DNA from: Flavobacteriaceae bacterium
GTDB lineage: Bacteria > Bacteroidota > Bacteroidia > Flavobacteriales > Flavobacteriaceae
Assembly: GCA_029938265.1 (NCBI GenBank)
Contig: JAOZVI010000002.1
Span: 1,945-65,944, forward strand
Length of the DNA: 64,000 nucleotides
Reading direction: 5' to 3'
Shown here: positions 9,837-19,255 of the stretch, in pieces
Layout: each line of letters opens with the position of its first letter
Position numbering within the stretch: the first letter of the stretch is position 1
Position numbers and translations under genes: made by a program
The notes under the pieces: model-generated
What the model was told of the DNA's origin: nothing
Seen by the model: the letters and a program-made list of their open reading frames with translations, nothing else
Database searches by the model: none

Positions 9837-11381
9837 TTAATTTGTTATTTCAATATTTACTGGCGATGCATTTTTTAGATAATAACCTGAGTTACCTACT
9901 AATTTTTGCTTAAGATCAAATATTACTACTACATCTCCTCTTCTTGCTCTTTGCAATACTCTAATTGCAGCAGCATTAAATTTATTACCTTTTACAATTA
10001 CTGTTGGTTGACCCGGAACTTTTACACTAAATCCGTTGGTATTGATCTTAAGATCGAATACGAAATCGGGCAACACAGAACTGATCGTAGCTTTTTGTAA
10101 AGTACTTTTTGGCATTTTGATCATACCATACTCACCTCTTACTGCAGCTACCGATGCAGGAATATCTCTAATTCTAAATTTTTTGTTAGAACTAATTGAG
10201 GTACCATCAGGTAATTTAGCAGTCACATTAATTTTAACTTCTCTCCCTTTACCCGGATTCATCATATATTTACCTACACCCTTCACTTTTTTCAAACCAG
10301 GTGCAATAGCTTTCACTAAATTATCGGCAACACCAGGAACAGAAATTGTCATAGGATTTGCAACACCTCTATATACCACATTCATTTTATCTGCAGATAT
10401 TACTGCATCATTTGATTTTGCAACAACAGCATAAGATGTTTCAATTGGAATTTCAATAAGTTTACCATCTTCTTTAAAGATAAACTTACCTTTTATTATA
10501 TTTTCACCCACGTTACCAGCAGGGAAATCTAATATAGCTCCACCATCTTTAATATTAGTAATTTCTCTACCATTAACGATAACTTTTTCTGGTCTTAAAG
10601 TTGCATCGTACCTACCCAAAACAATTTTTCCCTGAAAATTACTACCTTGTATCGTAGCTGAAGTTTTAGGTATTAATATTGTGTTATAATTGCTCATTGA
10701 TACATCACTGGTCAACTGACCTTGTAACATTGCTGCTAAAACTTCAGATTCAGTGGTTTTAATATCAGCTTGAATTTGAGTTAATTTGGTCAACGAAGCT
10801 ACTAAAGGAAATCCTTTGTAGTTATAATCTAACCAAAAACGTTCTAGACCTTCTCTATCATTAACTTTTTCAGTTGAAAAACGATTCATAACATCAGAAC
10901 CGATATTTTTAAACTCACTACCTAAAGTTGAGCCTATCTGGGTGCTATAATTATTCATATTATCTAAAAATAATTGGCCTCCTTCTTTATAAACACCATC
11001 ATCACCTTTAAAAAACAGATTATCTAAGAAAGTACCTTTATCCATTGTTTCATAATCTGTCGGATCATCAACTGTGGCTTTCATTTCTTCCTTTAAATTC
11101 TCGATATAATTATAATAATCATCTGATAATTTTTTGATCTTATCAGCTTTTGCTTTTTCATCAGCGTATTTCTCTTTTTGCTCAACAGCTTTAAGAGATA
11201 GATTTTCGTATGAATTCTTGTTTCTGACGGTAGCTGCTTCGTTAGATGAAACCAGTTTTTGATCCATCAAACCAAACGCTTGTAATACTTCTTTTGACAT
11301 GTTCATTGCTAACATCGCAATGAATACCAAGTACATCAGGTTAATCATTTTCTGCCTTGGTGATAATTTGCCTCCTGCCAT
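9837..11381 (-). CDS. gldM: Gliding motility / T9SS protein GldM (PorM)
   Basis: N-terminus MAGGKLSPRQKMINLMYLVFIAMLAMN is the hallmark GldM transmembrane helix. Confidence 0.9.
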   Translation of the reverse strand: MAGGKLSPRQKMINLMYLVFIAMLAMNMSKEVLQAFGLMDQKLVSSNEAATVRNKNSYENLSLKAVEQKEKYADEKAKADKIKKLSDDYYNYIENLKEEMKATVDDPTDYETMDKGTFLDNLFFKGDDGVYKEGGQLFLDNMNNYSTQIGSTLGSEFKNIGSDVMNRFSTEKVNDREGLERFWLDYNYKGFPLVASLTKLTQIQADIKTTESEVLAAMLQGQLTSDVSMSNYNTILIPKTSATIQGSNFQGKIVLGRYDATLRPEKVIVNGREITNIKDGGAILDFPAGNVGENIIKGKFIFKEDGKLIEIPIETSYAVVAKSNDAVISADKMNVVYRGVANPMTISVPGVADNLVKAIAPGLKKVKGVGKYMMNPGKGREVKINVTAKLPDGTSISSNKKFRIRDIPASVAAVRGEYGMIKMPKSTLQKATISSVLPDFVFDLKINTNGFSVKVPGQPTVIVKGNKFNAAAIRVLQRARRGDVVVIFDLKQKLVGNSGYYLKNASPVNIEITN

Positions 11382-11431
11382 TCTTAATTAGTTTTTGGGG
11401 TTAATAATAAATTTAAATAAACACTTACTAA

Positions 11432-12061
11432 TTAAGCATCTCTATTTGACATAGCAGACAACATACCGCCATAAACACCATTCAATGATGATAAATTTGT
11501 AGCCAATGATTCCATTTGTTCTTTTAAACGTTCTGCGTTTTCAATGGTTTCGTCATTTAATTCAGATTGACGTTGTGCGCTATCCATTTGCACTTTATAC
11601 AAACTATTTAATGATTCCATTTGACTGGCCGCTACGGCTAACTGTTCGCTATAACGATTTGTAGCTGTTATAGAATCGGCTGCTGGTGCAATATTTTCAG
11701 CTGCTCCGGCAAAATTTTGAATACCTTCGGCCAACCTTGCCATCTTATCAGAATCAAGATTTGCCTGTTGTAGCATATCGTCTAATTTTTGTGAAAGTAA
11801 ACTCTCAGTATTTTGCAATTCTTGTTGAGCTGCTTCTTCACCAACTAATTCGGGATAAACTTTTGTCCAATCATATTCATCATCTACAGGTTCAAAAGCC
11901 GACAGTGCAAATACTGCTGCCTCAACGATCATACCAATAGTCAAGATCAATGTTCCATTAGGCCAGTGTGCAATTTTAAAAAGTGCTCCTATAATTACTA
12001 CTGAGGCTCCTAGACCGTAAGCCATATTAAACATTTTCTTTTTGCTATTTGATTGTGCCAT
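11432..12061 (-). CDS. gldL: Gliding motility / T9SS protein GldL (PorL)
   Basis: FNMAYGLGASVVIIGALFKIAHWPNG, two transmembrane helices and a coiled cytoplasmic tail. Confidence 0.9.
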   Translation of the reverse strand: MAQSNSKKKMFNMAYGLGASVVIIGALFKIAHWPNGTLILTIGMIVEAAVFALSAFEPVDDEYDWTKVYPELVGEEAAQQELQNTESLLSQKLDDMLQQANLDSDKMARLAEGIQNFAGAAENIAPAADSITATNRYSEQLAVAASQMESLNSLYKVQMDSAQRQSELNDETIENAERLKEQMESLATNLSSLNGVYGGMLSAMSNRDA

Positions 12062-12104
12062 AATTTTAAATTTTGAATGTTGTTTATTGATTAATTATTT
12101 ATTT

Positions 12105-13505
12105 TTATTTTTTTGCTTTCATTTTGGTTCCCATGTAATCTTGTACAGTTCTAAATCCAACGTAACTTCTTGCAGAATCTGCATACTCATAATCTCGAGT
12201 TCCAACTTCTAAGAAATATGCTACATCTTTCCATGAACCTCCTCTAATTACTTTACGTTTATTAAGCTCATCTTCTACATTTGGATTAATAGTAGAACCT
12301 AAATAATAGGATGATGGGTTATAAGCTGTATTTGTCCATTCTGAGACATTACCTGACATATTGTATAATCCGTAATCATTAGCATTATATGATTTTGCTT
12401 CTACTGTATAAAGTGCTCCATCAGCTGCATAGTTACCTCTTTCAGGTTTAAAGTTGGCTAAGAAACAGCCTCTGTCTGTAGTTGTATAAGGACCACCCCA
12501 AGGATATTTAGCATATTCTAAACCACCTCTGGCTGCGTATTCCCATTCTGCTTCTGTAGGTAATCTAAATCTTGGCTCTCTTCCTGAACTTTTCTTTTTT
12601 CCTGCTAAATAATTATTTCTCTTCTCTGTTCTAAAGTTACAAAAAGCTTTGGCTTGTTTCCAACTTACACCAACTACTGGATATGCATCATATGCCTGGT
12701 GCCAGAAATAATCTTGATGCATAGGATCATTATAAGAGTAGTTAAAGTCTTTTACCCAAACTGCAGTATCAGGATATATTTGAATTACATCTTTCTTTAA
12801 AAAATCTTTTAATGAACCTCTACCTCTTGCTGCTGCTTCATTATCCAAAGTAACAAAAGTATATTTTAATTTTCTTGTATCCAATTGCCTTCTTAAACTA
12901 ACTGACTCATCAACCGGTAAATACATACTATCCATTGCTTCTGCATAATATTGATCAGGAAATTCATTTTGATTCCAGATCAATTCAACATCCCAATTTA
13001 AATAACGCCCTTCGGTTGGAGAATTTACATCACCCAAACTTCCGTAATTATCCATCATATATTTATAATAAGCATTTTCAGTACTATCTGCTTCTTTAAA
13101 CCTATATTTATCAATACCGCTCATATCACCTTTCTGTTGTTCGTCAGGAGCACTTCCACCTATACTTGCCTCTTCGGCTAATATTGCCAATTTGGTTCTT
13201 AAAATAGAATCTCTAACTCTAAAAACAAACTCACGATATTCACTATTGGTAATTTCTGTCTCATCCATATAATATGGTCTTACAGTTACAGTTCTCGGAG
13301 GTGCACTAAATGAACCGGCAACATCTTCATCTTCTTTACCCATTGTAAAAGAACCTCCCGGTATGAGTACCATACCAAATGGTTTCTCAGGGAAAAACTT
13401 TTTCTTTGCCTGAATTCCTGTTAATTGCCCCTGATCGTTACCCGATTTACAACTAAATAATAATGTAGTTGCTGCAAGTACCAATAATAACGTTAACTTT
13501 TTCAT
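12105..13505 (-). CDS. gldK: Gliding motility / T9SS lipoprotein GldK (PorK), FGE-sulfatase (SUMF1) fold
   Basis: Lipobox LLFSC. GGSFTMG, RLPTEAEWEYAARGG and RGGSW motifs. Confidence 0.9.
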   Translation of the reverse strand: MKKLTLLLVLAATTLLFSCKSGNDQGQLTGIQAKKKFFPEKPFGMVLIPGGSFTMGKEDEDVAGSFSAPPRTVTVRPYYMDETEITNSEYREFVFRVRDSILRTKLAILAEEASIGGSAPDEQQKGDMSGIDKYRFKEADSTENAYYKYMMDNYGSLGDVNSPTEGRYLNWDVELIWNQNEFPDQYYAEAMDSMYLPVDESVSLRRQLDTRKLKYTFVTLDNEAAARGRGSLKDFLKKDVIQIYPDTAVWVKDFNYSYNDPMHQDYFWHQAYDAYPVVGVSWKQAKAFCNFRTEKRNNYLAGKKKSSGREPRFRLPTEAEWEYAARGGLEYAKYPWGGPYTTTDRGCFLANFKPERGNYAADGALYTVEAKSYNANDYGLYNMSGNVSEWTNTAYNPSSYYLGSTINPNVEDELNKRKVIRGGSWKDVAYFLEVGTRDYEYADSARSYVGFRTVQDYMGTKMKAKK

Positions 13506-13646
13506 AATTTTACTTTTTTTCTACTGTAACTTGGAATTGTTTTTATTTACTGTTTCTTTATTAAAACTCAAGTTTTCAATTAGAAATTTTCTTGAATCTT
13601 ATAGGTTTGCACTTTAAGAACGATAAAAAAAAGCCTTTAGTGTGTT

Positions 13647-14804
13647 TTAATTTAATTTTCTAAAAGTTTTTAGCCACCTTTCCGGATATATCTGATCATT
13701 TGCTGTCAAATAATCTCTATAAGCACATGGTATTAACGTAGTTTTCTTTATTTTATTATGAGTATATGCTATTTCCATCCACCATCTTTCACTCCTGTCA
13801 CTTTTATAAAAGTTAATAGTATCATCCTCAATAAGTACTATAAACTTTTGATATTCATTTTTAGATAAAAACGGATTTTCTTCTATCCTGTAATTAAATC
13901 CTTCAATAAAATACCAGATCATTTGAGCAACCAGATGTGCCGATTGTTCTCTCTCATCGTATTTGGCATTGTATTCATAAATTCCAAAAGAAGAATTTTT
14001 AATACTGATACCTGCATATCTTGCAATAGCACAGATCTGTTCACCATAAAAACCATTAGGAGTAGCATTATTATTTGCTGGTGCATCAGCCTTTCTTACG
14101 GCACCCAGGTCAATACTAACAATATCAGCATCTCTAAAAATGGGTTCAACCAAACCTATATCATTTGCAACTTCTCCCAACCTATAGGCGTCAAAATATA
14201 ATTGATCAACCAGATCAATTTCTTCTTGTGAATTAAAAAAAGTCTGAAAACCAATATTGCTAAAATTAAATAAGTTATTAGGTTTTTCCATAACTATCTT
14301 GTGTAAATAGTTTTGAGAATTAATTGTATCCTCCAACTCACCCAGATCAAATCTATTATCAACAACTGCTAGATTTACCGTTTTGTCTAAATGATCAAAA
14401 GCGCGATAATTAGCATAAGTAATATCCTGACTACCACCAATAATAATAGGTGTAATATTTTTTTTAATTAAAAAAGAGAGAATTTCTTTAACAGCAAAAT
14501 AAGTATCTTCAACCGTTTCACCTTTTGGGATATTACCTAGATCAACAATATTTGAAAACCAATTGCCCGGAAACATTTGGTACAAATATTTCCTAATGTT
14601 CTCAAATGATTTTCCAGTTCCCAGATTATCAACTGCATTTCTTCCTTCAAGTACACCAAGAATTGCAATTTGAACATTTTCAAGGTCAGGAACGCCGTTT
14701 TGTTTTGTATGGATCTTAATATTTTTACCTAAAGACAAATCTGAAATTAAAGCAGTATGCGCTACTGCAATTTCTTCAACAGGAACTAATAAGTCTAAAC
14801 TCAT
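13647..14804 (-). CDS. Arginase / formimidoylglutamase family protein
   Basis: GGSQD, VDNRFDL and SIDLGAVR motifs, consistent with the ureohydrolase fold. The metal-ligand set was not fully verified. Confidence 0.65.
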   Translation of the reverse strand: MSLDLLVPVEEIAVAHTALISDLSLGKNIKIHTKQNGVPDLENVQIAILGVLEGRNAVDNLGTGKSFENIRKYLYQMFPGNWFSNIVDLGNIPKGETVEDTYFAVKEILSFLIKKNITPIIIGGSQDITYANYRAFDHLDKTVNLAVVDNRFDLGELEDTINSQNYLHKIVMEKPNNLFNFSNIGFQTFFNSQEEIDLVDQLYFDAYRLGEVANDIGLVEPIFRDADIVSIDLGAVRKADAPANNNATPNGFYGEQICAIARYAGISIKNSSFGIYEYNAKYDEREQSAHLVAQMIWYFIEGFNYRIEENPFLSKNEYQKFIVLIEDDTINFYKSDRSERWWMEIAYTHNKIKKTTLIPCAYRDYLTANDQIYPERWLKTFRKLN

Positions 14805-14852
14805 AAATTTACATCAAAAATACTACGTTAAAACTAACGTAAATTAAAACAT

Positions 14853-17336
14853 TTATTTTTTTCTTGTTTTCCTTTTTGTTGTTTTCTTTTTCGGTGCATT
14901 TTTAGCAATGATCTCTTTAACTTCTTCCAAAGTTAATTTAGGAGCATCTATGGTTTTTGGTATTTCAATTTTGATTTTACCCTTTAATATATTATGTCTT
15001 CCCCAACGGGCTTTTTCTACTCTGATTCCTTCTTCCTCCCAGTTGTGAACAACTTTATCAATTTCTTTTTGTTTTTTTACCTCAATCAATTCAACAATAT
15101 CATCATAAGTTAAATTATCAAAATCATATTTTCTATTAACATTGATAAACATATTGTTCCATTTGATAAAAGGACCAAATCTACCTACTCCTTTTTGTAC
15201 GGGTAAATTCTCATATTCGGCTATTGGAGCATCTGCTTTTTGTTTTGCTACAATCAATTCAATTGCTCTATCCATATCAACCGACATTGGATTCTCCCCT
15301 TTATCTAATGACACAAACATCTTGCCAAACCTTATAAACGGACCAAATCTTCCATTTGAAACCACTACTTCTTCTTTTTCATACTCTCCTAAGGTTTTTG
15401 GTAACTGAAACAGATCCAATGCTTCTTCAAAAGTAATATTACTAATGGTTTGATTACCCTGTAAACTTGCAAACTTTGGTTTTTCCTCATCGGCAGTTTC
15501 GCCAATTTGAATCATGGCACCAAACCTACCTAACCTTGCGTAAACATTTTTACCGGTTTCAGGATGTTCACCTAGTAATCTTTCTCCTTTAGCTCTTTCA
15601 GCATTTATAGATACATCTTCAACATTATGATGAAATTCTTTGTAAAAATCTTTGATCATTTCTTCCCAATGTCCTTTACCGTTGGCAATATCATCAAATT
15701 CTTGTTCTACTTTAGCAGTGAAACCATAATCTAAAACACCTGAAAAATTAGCCACTAAAAAATCATTTACTATTTTACCGATATCTGTAGGAATTAATTT
15801 TCCTTTATCAGCACCCACTTTTTCAGTTAAAATAGTAGATCTTACTTCATTATCTTCTAGTTTTATTTGTGTATAATTTCTATCAACCCCTTCAATCATT
15901 CCTTTTTCAACATACGCTCTATTCTGAATAGTTGAAATGGTAGGCGCATAAGTTGAAGGTCGTCCAATACCTAATTCTTCTAAATGTTTAACCAAAGACG
16001 CCTCAGTATATCTGTAAGGCGATTTAGTGTAACGTTGTGTTGCTGTTATATAATTATTGTTAAGAATCTCTCCTATTGTTAATTTTGGCAACATTCCTTC
16101 TTGTTCATCTTCTTCATTATCCAAACCTTCGATATATACTTTTAAAAAGCCATCAAATTTAATTACTTCACCATTTGCAGTAAAGATCTTACTATTTTTA
16201 TCATTATTTATCCTAACATTTGTACGCTCTAGCTGAGCATCACTCATTTGAGAAGCAACAGTTCGTTTCCAGATTAGTTTATACAATCTATCTTGATCAA
16301 AATCAACATTAACACTTGGCATATCAATATTAGAAGGACGAATCGCTTCATGAGCTTCCTGAGCCCCTTTTGACTTATTTGTATAATTTCTTGGCTTACT
16401 GTATGATTCGCCATAAGAACTAATAATTTTTTCACGGGCAGCATTTTTTGCTTCATCTGAAAGGTTAACACTATCAGTTCTCATATAAGTAATCAATCCT
16501 GCTTCATATAATCGCTGGGCAATTATCATAGTTTTGGCTACAGGAAACGATAATTTTCTTGATGCCTCTTGTTGCAATGTTGAAGTTGTAAAAGGGGCTG
16601 CAGGTGATTTTTTTGCCGGTTTGATATTGATATCTTCAATCGAAAAAATTGCATTCTTACAAGATTCTAAAAATTGCTGTGCTTCTTCAAGTGTAACAAA
16701 ATTCTTAGGTAATTTTGCCTTAAATCTTTGATTCTTATTATTAACAAATTCGGCAACAACCCTGTAAGACGCTATCGGTTTAAAATTTTCAATTCCTCTT
16801 TCACGTTCAACGATCAACCTTACAGCTACTGATTGTACCCTGCCGGCAGATAAACCACTCTTTACCTTTCTCCATAGTACCGGTGATAATTCATAACCTA
16901 CAAGCCTGTCTAAAACCCTGCGAGCCTGTTGCGCATTAACCAAATTATAATCTATTGCTCTTGGATTTTCAACAGCTTTTAGAATTGCTTTCTTAGTAAT
17001 TTCATGAAATACAATTCGTTTGGTCTTATCTTCTTTTAATTTAAGTTGTTCAAATAAATGCCAGGAAATAGCTTCTCCTTCACGGTCTTCATCACTGGCT
17101 AACCATACCATTTCCGCTTTTTTTGATAGATCTTTTAGTTTTTTTACAACTGATTTCTTATCGGGAGAAACAACGTATTTTGGTTTAAAATCACCTTCTA
17201 CATCTACGCCTAACTCTTTGGAAGGCAGATCAGCTATATGACCAAAACTCGATTCAACCTGAAAATCTTTTCCTAAATATTTCTCTAAAGTTTTGGCTTT
17301 TGCCGGTGACTCAACGATTACTAGATTCTTTGCCAT
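14853..17336 (-). CDS. topA: DNA topoisomerase I
   Basis: TOPRIM N-terminus LVIVESPAKAKT. DEDREGEAI. Active-site region ITYMRTDS. C-terminal repeats and a basic tail. Confidence 0.95.
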   Translation of the reverse strand: MAKNLVIVESPAKAKTLEKYLGKDFQVESSFGHIADLPSKELGVDVEGDFKPKYVVSPDKKSVVKKLKDLSKKAEMVWLASDEDREGEAISWHLFEQLKLKEDKTKRIVFHEITKKAILKAVENPRAIDYNLVNAQQARRVLDRLVGYELSPVLWRKVKSGLSAGRVQSVAVRLIVERERGIENFKPIASYRVVAEFVNNKNQRFKAKLPKNFVTLEEAQQFLESCKNAIFSIEDINIKPAKKSPAAPFTTSTLQQEASRKLSFPVAKTMIIAQRLYEAGLITYMRTDSVNLSDEAKNAAREKIISSYGESYSKPRNYTNKSKGAQEAHEAIRPSNIDMPSVNVDFDQDRLYKLIWKRTVASQMSDAQLERTNVRINNDKNSKIFTANGEVIKFDGFLKVYIEGLDNEEDEQEGMLPKLTIGEILNNNYITATQRYTKSPYRYTEASLVKHLEELGIGRPSTYAPTISTIQNRAYVEKGMIEGVDRNYTQIKLEDNEVRSTILTEKVGADKGKLIPTDIGKIVNDFLVANFSGVLDYGFTAKVEQEFDDIANGKGHWEEMIKDFYKEFHHNVEDVSINAERAKGERLLGEHPETGKNVYARLGRFGAMIQIGETADEEKPKFASLQGNQTISNITFEEALDLFQLPKTLGEYEKEEVVVSNGRFGPFIRFGKMFVSLDKGENPMSVDMDRAIELIVAKQKADAPIAEYENLPVQKGVGRFGPFIKWNNMFINVNRKYDFDNLTYDDIVELIEVKKQKEIDKVVHNWEEEGIRVEKARWGRHNILKGKIKIEIPKTIDAPKLTLEEVKEIIAKNAPKKKTTKRKTRKK

Positions 17337-17411
17337 ATCAACACTTTTGGTTTAAATATTCTTATAAATAAAAACTTATCATTATCTATAATAATATCAT
17401 TTTTGAGATTG

Positions 17412-17441
17412 CAAAAGTAAATGTTTTTTTTTAATACCAAA
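17412..17441 (-). promoter_or_regulatory. Candidate Bacteroidota-type promoter for topA (-33 TTTG, -7 TACTTTTG)
   Basis: On the minus strand, TTTG at 17441-17438 and TACTTTTG at 17419-17412, 18 nt apart, about 75 nt upstream of the topA ATG. This matches the TTTG / TAnnTTTG consensus described for Bacteroidota. Confidence 0.35.
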
Positions 17442-17643
17442 TTTTATGTATTAAAAATCGCTATAAGTTTATTGAAAATATTGATTATATTCTGAAGGTA
17501 ATGATTTTAAATGGCAAATTTCAATATCTTTAAAAAACAATTCAACTGCTTCACTTTGTAACTGAATCTTTATTTGTTTTGAGGGTATAGATCTTCCAAC
17601 TTTAATCAATCACAACTTTTAGAGTATCATTAAAATTTTATCC

Positions 17644-17875
17644 TTAAAAAGAAAAACCACTTTTTGAAAAGTGGTTTTATAATAAAAATTTCTTGAAACC
17701 AACTATCCTCGAGGTAGAACCATCGAGGTATTTCGCTGGTTTCATACCCAATCAAGTTGGGCACGAGTCTTTGACATAAATGTCAAAAACCGAAATTTAT
17801 TATTTAGATCCCCTTCGGGGATGACATTTTATAGGAAACCCCGGGGCATGCCCCGAGGAATTCTTTTCGATTAAG
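17644..17875 (-). ncRNA. Candidate structured RNA (unclassified): five GC-rich hairpin units plus an intrinsic terminator. Either a 3' UTR of the LVIVD gene or an independent sRNA.
   Basis: Helices (plus-strand coordinates): 17839-17858, 17808-17822, 17770-17787, 17747-17761, 17695-17743 (containing 17707-17728), and terminator 17653-17678 with a U-tract on the minus strand. Two helices gain G-U pairs only when read on the minus strand. Local GC is clearly above its surroundings. Confidence 0.4.
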
Positions 17876-17880
17876 AAGTT

Positions 17881-19128
17881 TTAATTCAGATAAAATTGAC
17901 TTAATAAATTAATCCCATTATCTGTATATGTATATTGATATAACACATCTTCACCAATCATTAACAAATGATCTTCTAGAGGAATAACATCATAAGTAAT
18001 TATATTGTCAAAATAATTAACTAGTTGAATATCCTCAACATTGGTTTTGTCATAAACTTTTAATCCTGAACTGCCATCACATATAAAAAGTAGATCATTT
18101 TTAATCCCCAAACCATAAGGATTATCCATAGAGTATGATTTTGTAAGTTTTGGACTGTTCAAATCGGTTATATCAACAATTTGAAGACTACTATCTATTG
18201 CACCACAAGAATTACCTGCTCGCAATGTTATATAGGCATATTTTTCATCGACTACAACAGGGTCGCAAGCTGTTCCGTGTTGAAATTCTGAAACGAATTG
18301 AGGATTGGCAGGTGATTCAATATCATATATGAACATACCACTCATACTTCCTAAAAACAGATGATTCCCCCTGTTAAATATAGTTTCTATATCAAATCCG
18401 GCAAAAATAGAGCTTAGCTGTTGCGGATTTTCAAGCTTATCAATATTAAATATATTTATACTGTGGCTATCTACTGCATATAAATAATCATCAACAATTT
18501 TAAACCTCGCCAAAGATCCTCCTTGTCCAACGGAAGCATTTGTCTCTGCAAAAGCAACAATGTCCGTAAATCTTGTTTTTAAATGTTCAATTTCTTCAAT
18601 TCTCCTTCTTTCTTCACTTACCTTCCATCCAACAATAATCTCATTATTATTAGGCGTTTGATCTCCATAATCAACAACCATATCTTCAATAAAAGGCATG
18701 ATAACATACGAAGGAAAAACATCTTTTAATCTGGCTACTTCTCTAATATTATGAATATCCGAAATATCAAAAATGACCAGATCCATTAAACTATCAGCAT
18801 ACAAATAATCACCTTTGATCTCCATATCTTTGTTTGCTTCAATCTTAATAAATGCTATTTTTTTAGGGTTTTCAGGGTTTGAGTTATCAATGACATGTAT
18901 TCCATTTTCAATATCATTTACCAATACTAGATCATTATATACATATATTTTTCCTGATTCAATAATTGGTATTGGAGAAGTAACTTTTACCGAAGATCTT
19001 AAAGCCTCTTTGGTCATATACTTTGGCGTAGCAACATTTACTATAACATAGTCGCTATCATTATCATTATCACAAGATTGCAATACTAAAAATAACATTG
19101 TCAGTACTAAAAATAATTTTGTTTTCAT
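17881..19128 (-). CDS. LVIVD-repeat beta-propeller lipoprotein
   Basis: Lipobox LVLQSC. Repeated hydrophobic-D motifs (LVLVND, LVIFDISD, LQIVDITD, LKVYD). Confidence 0.65.
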   Translation of the reverse strand: MKTKLFLVLTMLFLVLQSCDNDNDSDYVIVNVATPKYMTKEALRSSVKVTSPIPIIESGKIYVYNDLVLVNDIENGIHVIDNSNPENPKKIAFIKIEANKDMEIKGDYLYADSLMDLVIFDISDIHNIREVARLKDVFPSYVIMPFIEDMVVDYGDQTPNNNEIIVGWKVSEERRRIEEIEHLKTRFTDIVAFAETNASVGQGGSLARFKIVDDYLYAVDSHSINIFNIDKLENPQQLSSIFAGFDIETIFNRGNHLFLGSMSGMFIYDIESPANPQFVSEFQHGTACDPVVVDEKYAYITLRAGNSCGAIDSSLQIVDITDLNSPKLTKSYSMDNPYGLGIKNDLLFICDGSSGLKVYDKTNVEDIQLVNYFDNIITYDVIPLEDHLLMIGEDVLYQYTYTDNGINLLSQFYLN

Positions 19129-19255
19129 ATCTTTCTTATAACAAATATATATTATTATAGATACTTATATTGTAAAAAGGTTGCGAAAATTAAATATGCC
19201 AAAATGTCATAATAACAAATTATTGATTGTATGTTTGCAATCCTAAAAGATTAGA

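Noticed and set aside
17808-17822. An apparent C(UUCG)G tetraloop that would have implied plus-strand orientation for the structured element
   Set aside because: On recount the sequence is CCCC-TTC-GGGG, a triloop or a 5-nt loop. It carries no strand information. The G-U asymmetry and the U-tract point to the minus strand instead.
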